Shown: piece after piece, positions 30,640 to 40,309 of the stretch
How the letters are laid out: every line of letters starts with the position of its first letter
Numbering within the stretch: the stretch's first letter is position 1
Source: Candidatus Poseidoniales archaeon
GTDB lineage: Archaea > Thermoplasmatota > Poseidoniia > Poseidoniales > Poseidoniaceae
Assembly: GCA_019651595.1 (NCBI GenBank)
Contig: BOYQ01000003.1
Span: forward strand, 71,627-135,626
Reading direction: 5' to 3'
DNA: 64,000 nucleotides
Program-made: the position numbers and the translations under genes
Notes under the pieces: generated by a model
What the model saw: only the letters and a program-made list of their open reading frames with translations
Told to the model about the DNA's origin: nothing
Database searches by the model: none

Positions 30640-31260
30640 ATGTCAGAACACCAGACCGTCATGAAGACCGGAACCAGCACCGTCGGTATCACGTTCAAGG
30701 GAGGCGTCGTCGTCGGCGCAGACCACCGTGCTACAATGGGTCATTTCATCGCAAACAAGAGTGTTCAGAAACTCTTCAAGATCGGGCACAACCTCGCCTT
30801 GACCACGGCAGGTTTGGTTGGCCATGCCCAGTCCCTTTCCCGCACACTGGCTGCTGAAGTGGCCTTGTTTGAACTCCGCCGTCAACAACCCATGACCGTC
30901 AAGGGCGCTGCAACCCTGACCGCGAACATCCTTTCCGGGCGCCCTCACTGGGTGCAACTCCTCATCGTTGGTGTTGACGACGACGGTGGCCACGTTTACT
31001 CCATCGACTCTGCCGGCGGTTCCATTCCCGACGCTTACTGTGCAACCGGCTCCGGTTCGCCATACATGTACGGTGTGCTTGAAGACGGGTTCAAAGAAAA
31101 CATGTCCCAGGCGGAGGCCTTAAAATTGGCGGCGAGAGCCCTCCATGCATCGGGACAGCGTGATGCGGCCTCCGGCAACGGCATGGATTTGGCCATCATC
31201 ACGCCGGGTGCCGGCTACCAACAAGTCTCACAAGACGAGATTGCCAAACTCCTGAAGTGA
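30640..31260 (+). CDS. psmB: proteasome subunit beta
   Basis: The propeptide is followed by 'TGTSTVGITFKGGVVVGADHRATMG' with the catalytic Thr, then '...YSIDSAGGS...ATGSGSPYMYGVLE'. Confidence 0.9.
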   Translation: MSEHQTVMKTGTSTVGITFKGGVVVGADHRATMGHFIANKSVQKLFKIGHNLALTTAGLVGHAQSLSRTLAAEVALFELRRQQPMTVKGAATLTANILSGRPHWVQLLIVGVDDDGGHVYSIDSAGGSIPDAYCATGSGSPYMYGVLEDGFKENMSQAEALKLAARALHASGQRDAASGNGMDLAIITPGAGYQQVSQDEIAKLLK

Positions 31261-31339
31261 GGTTCATTTTCCCGCGGCTCTGCCGCTTACCACTCCTCCA
31301 GGAGTGCGATGTGGTCCATGCTGACTGCGGGAGCGTGAA

Positions 31340-33250
31340 GTGAACATCATGCAAATGACCTACCGAGAACTGAAAGACGAAATTGCGAAGATCATTCCTC
31401 GCAACATCGAATATGAAATTGATTTGGAAGCTGGAAACATCGCCATCATCACCACGAACATGAAACCCTTTACGGGGCAAGACGGGCTGATCGGAAAGAT
31501 TGCGCGTCGTATCAAGCGGAAAATCGTGCTTCGCACGCCCATCGACGCAATGATGAACATGGACGAGGCCAAGGACGTCATCAACGACATCATCCCTGAT
31601 GATGCCGACATCACAGAGATGTATTTCGATGCCTGCTATCGTGAAGTCACCATTCAGTGCCGCCAACCCGGTACCGCCATCGGTCGCCGAGGAGAAAACA
31701 GCAACGCCATCCGGGACAAGACCGGCTGGGCCGTGAAGGTCGAGCGCACGCCGCCGTTGTTCTCGAAAACGGTTCATGACATTCGCATGTACCGTCAGAC
31801 GCACGGGGACGAGCGACGAAAATTGTTGAAGGATTTTGGATTGAACATCCACCGGCCAACCCGTCCTGGCGGGACGTGGGCACGGAGTTACGGCCCTCGG
31901 TTCGTACCGAGAGGTCGGTCGCGCCTGTCCTACGTCCACCAACGAATCGCGAATCATGATCGACGTCGGCGTGAACATCGCGTCGGACACCGACCCCATG
32001 CCCTTCTTCAACGCCCCGGAAGCGCTTCCGCTGGACAAGTTGGACGCCGTCGTCCTGACCCATTCGCACCTCGACCACGCCGGAATGCTTCCCGTCCTGT
32101 TCAAGTACGGCTACCGTGGACCGGTTTACTGCACGCCGCCCACGCGTGATTTGATGCTGCTGCTCCAAACCGACTACCTCAAAGTTGGGGGAGCTGAAGG
32201 CAAGCGAACACCCTACGACATGGAGGACATTCGCATGTGCATGAAGCACGTCGTGGACGTTGATTGGGACTCGACCACCGACATTGCCCCGGACGTCAAG
32301 TTGACCTTCTCCAACGCCGGTCACATCTTGGGTTCCTCCGCCGTTCACCTCAACATCGCAGACGGAAAGCACAACATCGTTTTCAGCGGGGACCAAAGTA
32401 CGAGAAGTCATGGTTGTTTGACGCCGCCAACACTCGCTTCCCACGGGTGGAAACATTGGTCATCGAATCCACTTACGGCGCCTCGGTGAGCTACCAACCC
32501 TCACGCCAAGAAGCCAACCAAGAACTGCAGGACATCGTTTCACGCACCCTGATGCGAGGAGGCAAGATGATCTGCCCGGTCTTTGCGGTCGGGCGGAGCC
32601 AGGAAGTGATGATCGCCATCGATGAATTGTTCAGATCGGGTACGGTGAAGCCAGTGCCGGTTTGGCTGGACGGCATGATTCAGGAGGCCACGGCCATTCA
32701 CGCCTCGCACCCCAACTACCTGACAAAGGCGCTGAGCAAGTCGCTGCTGAAGGACGACGGTGAAAACCCATTCACGAGCGAGTGGTTCCGCCCGGTCAAA
32801 GGTCGTGAGCTACGTGAAAGCATCGTGATGGACACCTCTCCCTGCATCGTGTTGGCCACCTCGGGCATGTTGAACGGCGGCCCCGTGATGGAGTACTTCA
32901 AGAACTGGGCCCACGAAGAGCGCAACTCCTTGTGTTTTGTGGGCTACCAGGCCGAAGGCACCCTCGGGCGCCGTTTGCAGAAGGGGTTCGGCGAAGTTCC
33001 CATGCTCATCAACGGCAAGACGGAGATCGTGAAAATCGGATGCGAAATGGTCACCATCGACGGCTTTTCAGGGCACTCTGACCGCCGTCAGCTGCTTGAC
33101 TTCGTGGACCGCATCAACCCGCCGCCCAAGAACATCATCTGCCATCACGGCGACTACCAAAAGTGCAACGAACTTGGTCTGACGCTCAGGGAACGGTACA
33201 ACTGCCTCACCTTTGCTCCGAGTAACCTCGAGACGGTGCGCTTGTTCTGA
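31340..33250 (+). CDS. aCPSF1/FttA-type KH-domain + metallo-beta-lactamase + beta-CASP ribonuclease (2-3 frameshifts)
   Basis: Fragments are 31340-32149 (KH domains, 'GTAIGRRGENSNAIRDKTGW'), 31956-32489 ('VVLTHSHLDHAGMLPVLFKYGYRGPVYCT') and 32264-33250 ('DGFSGHSDRRQLLDF...IICHHGD'). Adjacency to psmB is a known conserved archaeal arrangement (for example MJ1236/MJ1237). Confidence 0.9.
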
Positions 33251-33589
33251 TCACAGCGGCATGTCCATGTCGTTGTCCATTGGGTCCGGCAAGTTTTCCG
33301 CCGAGGTCAGCGAATCGGGCGTCCTTCCACCTGCTGGGTACGACGGACTGATGGAGCGCTGTCCACCGGCTGCCGGGGATGAAAGCAGCAACCAGGCACC
33401 ACCTGACAGGGTTGCAAACAAGGCACCAACTGCAAGTGTAAGCGTGTACTCACTTGACTCAAGACCTGCCAGCAGGGCCAGTGAAAGAACAAGGGCAGCA
33501 CCCAAGGTCAATACCGTGCGCGACCGGCCTGCCATGGAGGCGCTATCACCAAGGTGTTCATGAACCCGTTGCGGTTGTGTTGGTCTCAT
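33251..33589 (-). CDS. hypothetical small membrane protein (2 TM)
   Basis: Hydrophobic helices 'TVLTLGAALVLSLALLAGL' and 'LAVGALFATLSGGAWLLL'. The start is uncertain. Confidence 0.35.
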   Translation of the reverse strand: MRPTQPQRVHEHLGDSASMAGRSRTVLTLGAALVLSLALLAGLESSEYTLTLAVGALFATLSGGAWLLLSSPAAGGQRSISPSYPAGGRTPDSLTSAENLPDPMDNDMDMPL

Positions 33590-33626
33590 GCAATCCTCAC
33601 GTTCACCCGCATGCCCTGGCTGGTTG

Positions 33627-34232
33627 ATGACCGCCGTTGCACCCTGGGGAGAGAACGCCGAGGATGCCTTCGACCAAGGCCTCGTGGAACTCGGCCTTGG
33701 GGACGTACGTCTCATTCAGGCACAGGGCGCCATGCTACCGCTGGGTTTTGAGGCGACACCGCCCCGACCGTTGCCCATGGGCTCGTTGGTCGAGTGTCAT
33801 TTGGCCACGGCTTACGCATGGAACGGTTCCTCTGCCTCGGCGGGTGTGGCCTGGGCCTCGTGTGTCACCCCCGAGGGCGATGAGTGTGCCATCGTCGCGA
33901 CCATCACGACGGACCTGGACTACGAAGAGACCGTCTTGCTACTCCGAAGAAACCTGCAGCGAAGGCTGGCGAGCAGGGACTTGGAAGTCCTCCAGTTTGA
34001 CGTGGCGGTCGACGAGGTGACCGCAGGACAAGATCACCACGGTGTGGCCGTTGCAGCGCTGATCCTTCCCGAGTCGCTCTCGCTTGGTGCTCGAACCAAG
34101 ACCGGACCGGTCCGGGGTGCGCTGACTCGAAAGGCGGCACCTGAACCCAAAAAGCGGGTCGACACCAAAGCCCCAGCGGCGCCGGCCCGTCGTCCGGGTC
34201 AGCCTCAGAGCAACCACGATTTCTCACTGTGA
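33627..34232 (+). CDS. pyruvoyl-dependent arginine decarboxylase (PdaD)-like protein lacking the canonical Ser-Ser processing site
   Basis: By eye it aligns to M. jannaschii PdaD: 'GENAEDAFDQGLVELGLGDVRLIQ' vs '[24 protein letters not shown]' and 'PRPLPMGSLVE' vs 'LPKLPMGALVP'. The 'ISSIMPP' site reads 'AQGAMLP' here. Confidence 0.45.
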   Translation: MTAVAPWGENAEDAFDQGLVELGLGDVRLIQAQGAMLPLGFEATPPRPLPMGSLVECHLATAYAWNGSSASAGVAWASCVTPEGDECAIVATITTDLDYEETVLLLRRNLQRRLASRDLEVLQFDVAVDEVTAGQDHHGVAVAALILPESLSLGARTKTGPVRGALTRKAAPEPKKRVDTKAPAAPARRPGQPQSNHDFSL

Positions 34233-34241
34233 GGTGAGGGG

Positions 34242-34682
34242 TTGACCGAGGAACAACGATGGCTGGTCGTGCGCTGCGCTGCCTGCGGTCAATGTTCGGG
34301 TCAGCGTCGTCAGGGCGGTCGATGCCCTCATTGTGGCATGGCCCTCAACGCCACCTCCGAGGTTGTCAAAGCGTGCACGAGCAGCGCCATGCTCCATGTC
34401 GAGGTCGCCCTTGCCAACACCCCTGACGACCTTCGGGACGAACTTCGTCGTCGGATGACCAAACAGGTTGAACCTGAAGGAACTCAGCAGGCGACCATGC
34501 GCAGCCTTCTGAAAGAGCTTCGCGCCATGGGGCAGGAAGATGGAAGCATTGGCCTCGAGACGGTTCGTCTCCATTTGGAGCGACGTTCGGTTGACGGCAC
34601 GCCTGAAGCCTTCATGGAACAGGCCGAAGTTGAGGGTGTGGTGCTCCGTCTCGCACCCGACCGGTGGATGTTCTTTGAGTGA
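34242..34682 (+). CDS. hypothetical zinc-ribbon protein
   Basis: The N-terminal 'CAACGQC...RCPHCG' forms a four-Cys ribbon. It has a TTG start preceded by GAGGTGAGGGG. Confidence 0.5.
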   Translation: MTEEQRWLVVRCAACGQCSGQRRQGGRCPHCGMALNATSEVVKACTSSAMLHVEVALANTPDDLRDELRRRMTKQVEPEGTQQATMRSLLKELRAMGQEDGSIGLETVRLHLERRSVDGTPEAFMEQAEVEGVVLRLAPDRWMFFE

Positions 34683-34715
34683 AGTTCATAGGTGAGACGC
34701 CGTGGCACAGACCAA

Positions 34716-34793
34716 GGGCGTATGGGTTAGTTTGGCCTATACTCGGGCGTTTGGGACGCTTGGACCCAAGTTCAAATCTTGGTACGCCCACCA
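34716..34793 (+). tRNA. tRNA-Pro (anticodon TGG), 3' CCA encoded
   Basis: Folded by hand. The acceptor stem is GGGCGTA/TACGCCC. The anticodon arm is GGGCG-TTTGGGA-CGCTT with loop T-T-[TGG]-G-A. The T arm is CCAAG-TTCAAAT-CTTGG, the discriminator is A, and CCA follows. Confidence 0.85.
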
Positions 34794-35123
34794 TCAATCG
34801 GGCATCACGATGCTGTGGACCCACAGGACGTGAAAACCAAATTGGGTTTTGATGAAGTTCTGTGGTACGGTCTCAAGTTCCGACGCCCACACTGCATCCT
34901 CGAAGGTCTGAACCATCTGGCCCTCAACAAATTCTCCGAGGTCCCCGCCTTTGCTTCCGCTGGGACAGTTGGAGTACTTCTTTGCCATTTTTTTGAAGGT
35001 ACGAAAGGGCTTCTTTGAGGCGTTGATTTCGTCGAGGATCATCTTCGCATCGGGCTTGTTCGCCACGAGGATGTGACGAACGTGTGCTTTGCGAGGCTTT
35101 CTCCGTCGGTCATGACGCCGCAT
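34794..35123 (-). CDS. parvulin-type peptidyl-prolyl cis-trans isomerase (PpiC family)
   Basis: 'VRHILV...FKKMAKKYSNCPSGSKGGDLGEFVEGQMVQTFEDAVW...TQFGFHVL' is the parvulin signature. Confidence 0.8.
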   Translation of the reverse strand: MRRHDRRRKPRKAHVRHILVANKPDAKMILDEINASKKPFRTFKKMAKKYSNCPSGSKGGDLGEFVEGQMVQTFEDAVWASELETVPQNFIKTQFGFHVLWVHSIVMPD

Positions 35124-36057
35124 GGTTCCTCAACTCCCGATGAACACGAGTGGCCCCACGGTCAAAAAGATGTGCGACGGCCCAAAAGAAAAGCACCAGC
35201 ACCAACGCTGGAACGCCCCGACCAAGCAATTCAAGCTCAAGGTCGTTGCTGACCGATGGGAGCAGGGCTGACCAACCCAGCAGGTAGGCGATGAGGGCGA
35301 ACAAGGTGTGCGGCGTAAGCGAAGCGGGTCGAAGCCACGCCAGGTTCCTGCGATGGTGTTCAACCGTCATCATCCACCCCACATTGAGGAAGAAGCGGGT
35401 CGGTTGAATGCCGCTGGTTTCGTTTCTATAGATGGATTCAACGGGCACTTCCGCCACCCGGAAACCGTGTCTTGAGAGGTTGATCAGCCAGAAGTTTGGG
35501 TAGCCGTAGCCCGACCAAGAGCGCTCCCAATTCCATGCATGCAGCACCCCCGATGAGGTGGCCGTGTAGCCGCACTGCGGGTCGCCGAACGGCTGGCCTG
35601 CCGCTAAGGTCGTGAACAACGAAAGCACCGCCGTGGCTCGCTGCCGCAGTTTCGGCATCCGGTTCAACCCCTCGGGGTGAAGGCAACGGTTTCCTTTCAC
35701 GTGATCCGCTGTGCCGTTGAGGATGGGTTGAACGAGCGCGTCCATGTCATCCGGGTTCATCTGACCGTCACCCGCCATCACGACACTGATGAAAGGGCCG
35801 TCCCAGCACGAGAGGAGGTGCTGGTGCCCGCGGTCGATGGCGGCACCGACGCCCTCTCCGTTCCCGTCGATCACGACCACCTCGCAGGGCGCTTTGGCCA
35901 GGCGGGCCGCCTCGGCCGTCCTGTCAACCGAACCGTCGTTCACCACCACGGCAAGGTCCACGGTTTCGGGGAGGTGAATCAGAACGCCCTCAATGTGCGA
36001 TTCCTCGTCTCTTGCAGGGATGACCACGCCAACACGTCGTCCCTGAATCATGCTCAA
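35110..36057 (-). CDS. family 2 glycosyltransferase with C-terminal membrane segment
   Basis: 'VGVVIPARDEESHIEGVL...VVVNDGSVDRTAE' is the GT2 DxD region. TM helices lie near the C-terminus. Confidence 0.8.
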   Translation of the reverse strand: MSMIQGRRVGVVIPARDEESHIEGVLIHLPETVDLAVVVNDGSVDRTAEAARLAKAPCEVVVIDGNGEGVGAAIDRGHQHLLSCWDGPFISVVMAGDGQMNPDDMDALVQPILNGTADHVKGNRCLHPEGLNRMPKLRQRATAVLSLFTTLAAGQPFGDPQCGYTATSSGVLHAWNWERSWSGYGYPNFWLINLSRHGFRVAEVPVESIYRNETSGIQPTRFFLNVGWMMTVEHHRRNLAWLRPASLTPHTLFALIAYLLGWSALLPSVSNDLELELLGRGVPALVLVLFFWAVAHLFDRGATRVHRELRNHAAS

Positions 36058-36154
36058 CCCACCTTGACGGCGGCCATCAACCTATGCGTGAAAGGGGCTC
36101 CGATTCGTCTTTCAAAGAACAGGTTTCATAGCCTCCTCGACCAGCAGACGAAGC

Positions 36155-36982
36155 GTGAAGACGCCGCTTCGTCGAATTGTTCTCATCGGTGAGAACATCG
36201 AACTTCGTATCGTGTCCCTCGTGGTCCGATGCAGGGAGGTGGCTGAAGACGTCGTTGTTTTTGACACGGGTTCCACTGATGAAACGGTTCAACTCGCCGG
36301 TGAGGTCCAATCAAGGGTGGTCGAGTACAACGGCGACCTGACACCGCAACACCTCGCCAAAGCGGCCGTGAGCGCCTCCCTTGACGACGGCTTGACCTTG
36401 TTTTTACCGATCTCACCGATGTGGAAAATGGCCGAACTGCCGTTGAGCGTGAACCGTGCTCGGGAGGGATGGGACATTCACTACCTCTATCGAGAACAGC
36501 CCGGGACAAATGCGCTTGAGCCGATGGTGTTGGCCAACTCCTCCATGGGTCATCTGATCGCAAGCGCCGCAGGGCTTCAACACCTGGCACAACTTCCAGA
36601 CGACGCCACCACCGACGACGTTTCGGATGAGGTTCGAGCTCGATTTGTGAAAACCGACGCCCCAATTCAACTACCTCAGCGACAATCCTTGGCAACGGCC
36701 TCACGCTTTGCCCAGTTGTTCTACTGGATGCTGGAGTCAAAACACCCGCTTCTGCTCTTTGGCATTCCTGGCGTCGTCCTCTTCGTCTTGGGCTACCGTC
36801 TTTCGGGGGATCTCGCCACCATGTTCACCGAACTCAATTCGACCTCTATTGGCGTGACACTCATCACCATAGCGATGACCCTCATCGGATTATTTGCCAT
36901 GATGGTGGCGCTGATTCTCTACATCATGGGCAAGCAGGTGGCTCGAATTCAGAACCAATACAACTGGCCCAAGGGAAGCTGA
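36155..36982 (+). CDS. GT2-like (degenerate) membrane protein
   Basis: It has 'VVVFDTGSTDETVQLA' and C-terminal TM helices 'LLLFGIPGVVLFVLGY' and 'GVTLITIAMTLIGLFAMMVALILYI', as in dolichol-phosphate glycosyltransferases. Confidence 0.55.
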   Translation: MKTPLRRIVLIGENIELRIVSLVVRCREVAEDVVVFDTGSTDETVQLAGEVQSRVVEYNGDLTPQHLAKAAVSASLDDGLTLFLPISPMWKMAELPLSVNRAREGWDIHYLYREQPGTNALEPMVLANSSMGHLIASAAGLQHLAQLPDDATTDDVSDEVRARFVKTDAPIQLPQRQSLATASRFAQLFYWMLESKHPLLLFGIPGVVLFVLGYRLSGDLATMFTELNSTSIGVTLITIAMTLIGLFAMMVALILYIMGKQVARIQNQYNWPKGS

Positions 36983-36986
36983 TGGC

Positions 36987-37745
36987 ATGTCGTACTTGGT
37001 GTGTCTCGACATGGACCGGGTGTTGGTCGACCATCTTTCGACCTGGCAGTTTGTTTACGACCAACTCGGCATTTCCAACGATGAATCGTTCGAACTCTAC
37101 AACCAAGGCCTTCTCGACGAATGGGACTGGATTAAACTGGATTTGGCGCTGATCAAATCTGCGCCTTCTGGAGACATCACTGATGAGCGCCTCCGTGGCT
37201 TGATGGAAGGGATGCCGATGATGAAGGGTTGGCGTCTCCTCATCGACCACCTCCTCAACAACGGGGTTCACGTTGCCATCGTGAGCGGCGGTCTGCAAAA
37301 AACGGCCCGAGACATCGCTGCAACGTTTCCATCCGAGGCTCCGTGGCGACGGCGTTGGGGTGGGATTGACCGGCACACGTCAAGGGAGCAGTGCGGCGGG
37401 AAGGATTCCAGACTCCATGTCTTCACCAACGGTTGGCTGGCGGAGGTCTCCGACGGCAAAACACCCGCTGGTATCGGTGATTTTGGCCGGTATCAGGTGC
37501 AGATGAACGGAAAGGGCGCCATCGTGAAGATGCTCCAACGGCGTCTTGGCGTCGCCAAATCAAACACGGCCTCCGTGGGTGATTCAATGGGCGACGTCGG
37601 CATGTTTGGAGAAAGTGGGTGCGCCATTTTGTTCAATCCGTGGGACGACCGGCCTCGCGACCATGCCCATCACGTCATTGAAGAAAAGGACCTGACCGAG
37701 GTACTGGATTTGATTTGTGAACATTTTTCGTTGCCAAAACCTTGA
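36987..37745 (+). CDS. HAD-superfamily phosphatase (PSPase-like, subfamily IB)
   Basis: Motif I is 'VCLDMDRVL', motif II is 'VAIVSGG', and motif III/IV is 'GDSMGDVGMF'. Confidence 0.7.
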   Translation: MSYLVCLDMDRVLVDHLSTWQFVYDQLGISNDESFELYNQGLLDEWDWIKLDLALIKSAPSGDITDERLRGLMEGMPMMKGWRLLIDHLLNNGVHVAIVSGGLQKTARDIAATFPSEAPWRRRWGGIDRHTSREQCGGKDSRLHVFTNGWLAEVSDGKTPAGIGDFGRYQVQMNGKGAIVKMLQRRLGVAKSNTASVGDSMGDVGMFGESGCAILFNPWDDRPRDHAHHVIEEKDLTEVLDLICEHFSLPKP

Positions 37746-37770
37746 TGCAAGAACCGGTCAACCAACGTTC

Positions 37771-37872
37771 ATGGTTGACGATTTGATGTCCATCTGTCCC
37801 CATTGCGGCTTTTTGCTCGGCGTGTTCATCCCCGGCATGCCCTGCCCCATGTGCGGCGAGACCTTGCTGTGA
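37771..37872 (+). CDS. possible 33-aa zinc-ribbon micro-protein
   Basis: 'MVDDLMSICPHCGFLLGVFIPGMPCPMCGETLL' has a CPxC...CPxC arrangement. It is too short for the ORF track, and its stop abuts the stop of asnS. Confidence 0.3.
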   Translation: MVDDLMSICPHCGFLLGVFIPGMPCPMCGETLL

Positions 37873-39222
37873 TCAGGGCGTCACACGACGAGAGGTACGC
37901 GGGAAAGGAATGACTTCCCGGATGTGGGTAGCACCGGCCAGCCAACTGACCACGCGATCCACGCCCAGCCCGAATCCGCCGTGAGGGACACCGCCGTACG
38001 ACCGCACGTCGATGTAGAACTGGTAGGGCTCGCGTGGCGTGCCCTCTTCGTCGATGCGCTGAAGGATTTCCTCCTCGGACCATGTTCGTTCGCCACCGCC
38101 AATGATTTCACCGTAGCCTTCCGGTGCCAGCAGGTCGTGGCAGAGAACGTACTTTTCGTCGCTCGGGTCCACGCGGTGGTAGAACGGTTTTGCAACCTTG
38201 GGGTAGTGGGTCAAGAAGTGTGGAACATCAAAGTCTTGGGTGAGGATTTTCTCCTTTGAATAATCAAGGTCTTGGCCCCATTCAACGTTCACGCCTTTCC
38301 CTTGAAGGATTTCGATGGCCTCGTCGTAGCGCATTCGCGGGTACGGGTTGTCGGCGTAGTTGGCGATGAGCTCCAGGTCTCGCTCAAGATAAGTGAGTTC
38401 TTCCTCACGTTCATCCAGAAGGGTTTTCGCAATGTGTCGAACCACGCCCTCGCCGTGCTCCATGATGTCGTCGTTGGTGGCCCAGGCCATTTCCATTTCA
38501 GCGTGCCAGAATTCCGTGAGGTGGCGACGAGTTCGAGATTTTTCGGCTCTGAACGAAGGTGCGATGGTGTAGAGGCGTTCCAGAGCAGGCATCGCAGCCT
38601 CGGCGTAAAGCTGCCAGGACTGCGTGAGGTAGGCCTGCTTCCCAAAGTAGGGGACCTCAAACAGGGTGGAACCACCCTCCACGGCACCGGCAACAAAATT
38701 GGGAGCCTGGTATTCGAGGAAATCCTTGTCCCTGAAGTATTGATGAATCGCTCCGAAAGCCGAGCTTCGAAGTTTGAGCATGGTGGTGGCTCGGGTCGTT
38801 CGCAGGTAGAGGTGGCGATGGTTGAGGGTGTGCTCGGTTCCACCGTAGGTCAGTTCGCCGTCCTCGTCCTCGACCAACATGTCGGCTTCTGTGATCGGAA
38901 ACGGGCGCTCGGAATTGACCGCACCGACGATTTCAACGCCTGAAATGTCGAGTTCGTGGCCGCCCTCTGCCCGTTCATCGGCTCGAACGGTGCCGGTGAA
39001 AACGACGCTGGTTTCGATGATGGCGCCTTTGAGTTCCTCGAACGTTTCTTCACCGATGTTGGCCTTCTTTCCAACGCATTGAATGGTGCCGGTGGAGTCC
39101 CTCAACACGACAAACCGGATGTTGTTGTTGCCGCGAGCACGTTTGATCCAACCCTTCAACTCGACCGCTTGGTCGTCGTAGAGTCCCTTTTGCACATCGC
39201 CGATCCATGTCGTCTTGACCAT
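37873..39222 (-). CDS. asnS: asparaginyl-tRNA synthetase (class IIb)
   Basis: Long blocks match archaeal AsnRS as remembered from Pyrococcus: 'PSFRAEKSRTRRHLTEFWH', 'YDEAIEILQGKGVNVEWG', 'LLAPEGYGEIIGGG' and 'YGGVPHGGFGLGVDR'. Confidence 0.9.
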   Translation of the reverse strand: MVKTTWIGDVQKGLYDDQAVELKGWIKRARGNNNIRFVVLRDSTGTIQCVGKKANIGEETFEELKGAIIETSVVFTGTVRADERAEGGHELDISGVEIVGAVNSERPFPITEADMLVEDEDGELTYGGTEHTLNHRHLYLRTTRATTMLKLRSSAFGAIHQYFRDKDFLEYQAPNFVAGAVEGGSTLFEVPYFGKQAYLTQSWQLYAEAAMPALERLYTIAPSFRAEKSRTRRHLTEFWHAEMEMAWATNDDIMEHGEGVVRHIAKTLLDEREEELTYLERDLELIANYADNPYPRMRYDEAIEILQGKGVNVEWGQDLDYSKEKILTQDFDVPHFLTHYPKVAKPFYHRVDPSDEKYVLCHDLLAPEGYGEIIGGGERTWSEEEILQRIDEEGTPREPYQFYIDVRSYGGVPHGGFGLGVDRVVSWLAGATHIREVIPFPRTSRRVTP

Positions 39223-39290
39223 GCTCTCACCATCGCTGGCGATTCTTCCTGCCTATGTGAATGTCTCCCTTCAAAGGCCTTGCAAGAACG

Positions 39291-40254
39291 ATGCTGGAAT
39301 CACCAAATCGGGCAAAGGGTCAAAACGGTACGGAACGACGTTCCTTCGTGAGCAAGACAGCGGTCTATGCCTTGGGTGGCAACGCCCTTCAATCGCCGAC
39401 CGGGGACGGTGATGAGACCACCGAGGTCCTGGCGAGGGTCATGAGCGACGTCATCGATTTGCTCGAGATGGACTGGCGGGTGGTCATCACCCACGGCAAC
39501 GGACCTCAGGTCGGCCACCTCCTCTCCATGGATGACGGTCAAACACAAGACCTCGACGCTTGGGTTGCCGCCACGCAGGGCATGATCGGCCATGAATTGT
39601 CCATGCACCTCAACGCCATTCTTGAACGCCGTCGGCGTCCGGAGCGAACGGCCGTGGTGCTCACGCACGTTGAGGTTGACCCCAGCGACGAAGGCTTTCA
39701 ATGGCCAACGAAACCGGTTGGGGCCGGTCCTTGATGCGCAGACCGTGATGTCGGCAGATTGGGACATTGCTCAGACCGTTCAAGGTCCTCGCCGGGTGGT
39801 TGCCAGCCCCCTGCCGCTTCGAATTCTCGAGATTGAAGTGATTCGGCACCTGGTTGAACTTCGTGCCGTTGTGTTCTGCGGTGGTGGAGGTGGGATACCC
39901 ACCGCCAAGGTCGGAGCGCATCAACAGGGCGTCCCCGCCGTGGTTGACAAAGACCGTTTTTCGTCGCTCCTGGCCACGGACTTGAACGCCGATGCGCTGA
40001 TCATCAGCACGGCAGCCGACGCGATTTACCGCTCGTTTGGAACCCCCGAAGCCGAGGCCATCCGAACGCTGTCGACCGCTGAGGCGGCTACCATGGAGGC
40101 CAACGGTGAGTTCCCAAAAGGTTCCATGAGCCCGAAAGTTGGGGCGCTGTGTGATTTTGTGGTCGCCAGCGAGGTCGGGCGAGGCATTCTCTGCACACCG
40201 GGTCAAGTTCTTGAGGCATTACGCGGGGAAGCGGGCACCACGCTGACACGATGA
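39291..40254 (+). CDS. arcC: carbamate kinase (one frameshift near 39715; start uncertain, possibly GTG 39348)
   Basis: Fragments 39261-39734 ('AVYALGGNAL...VVITHGNGPQVGHLL') and 39592-40254 ('CGGGGGIP...VPAVVDKDRFSSLLATDLNADALIISTA...FPKGSMSPKV'). Confidence 0.8.
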
Positions 40255-40309
40255 GCAAGCCTGTGAAGGAAGAATCATGTTCTTATGGTTCGGGCCGTTG
40301 GCTTGAACC

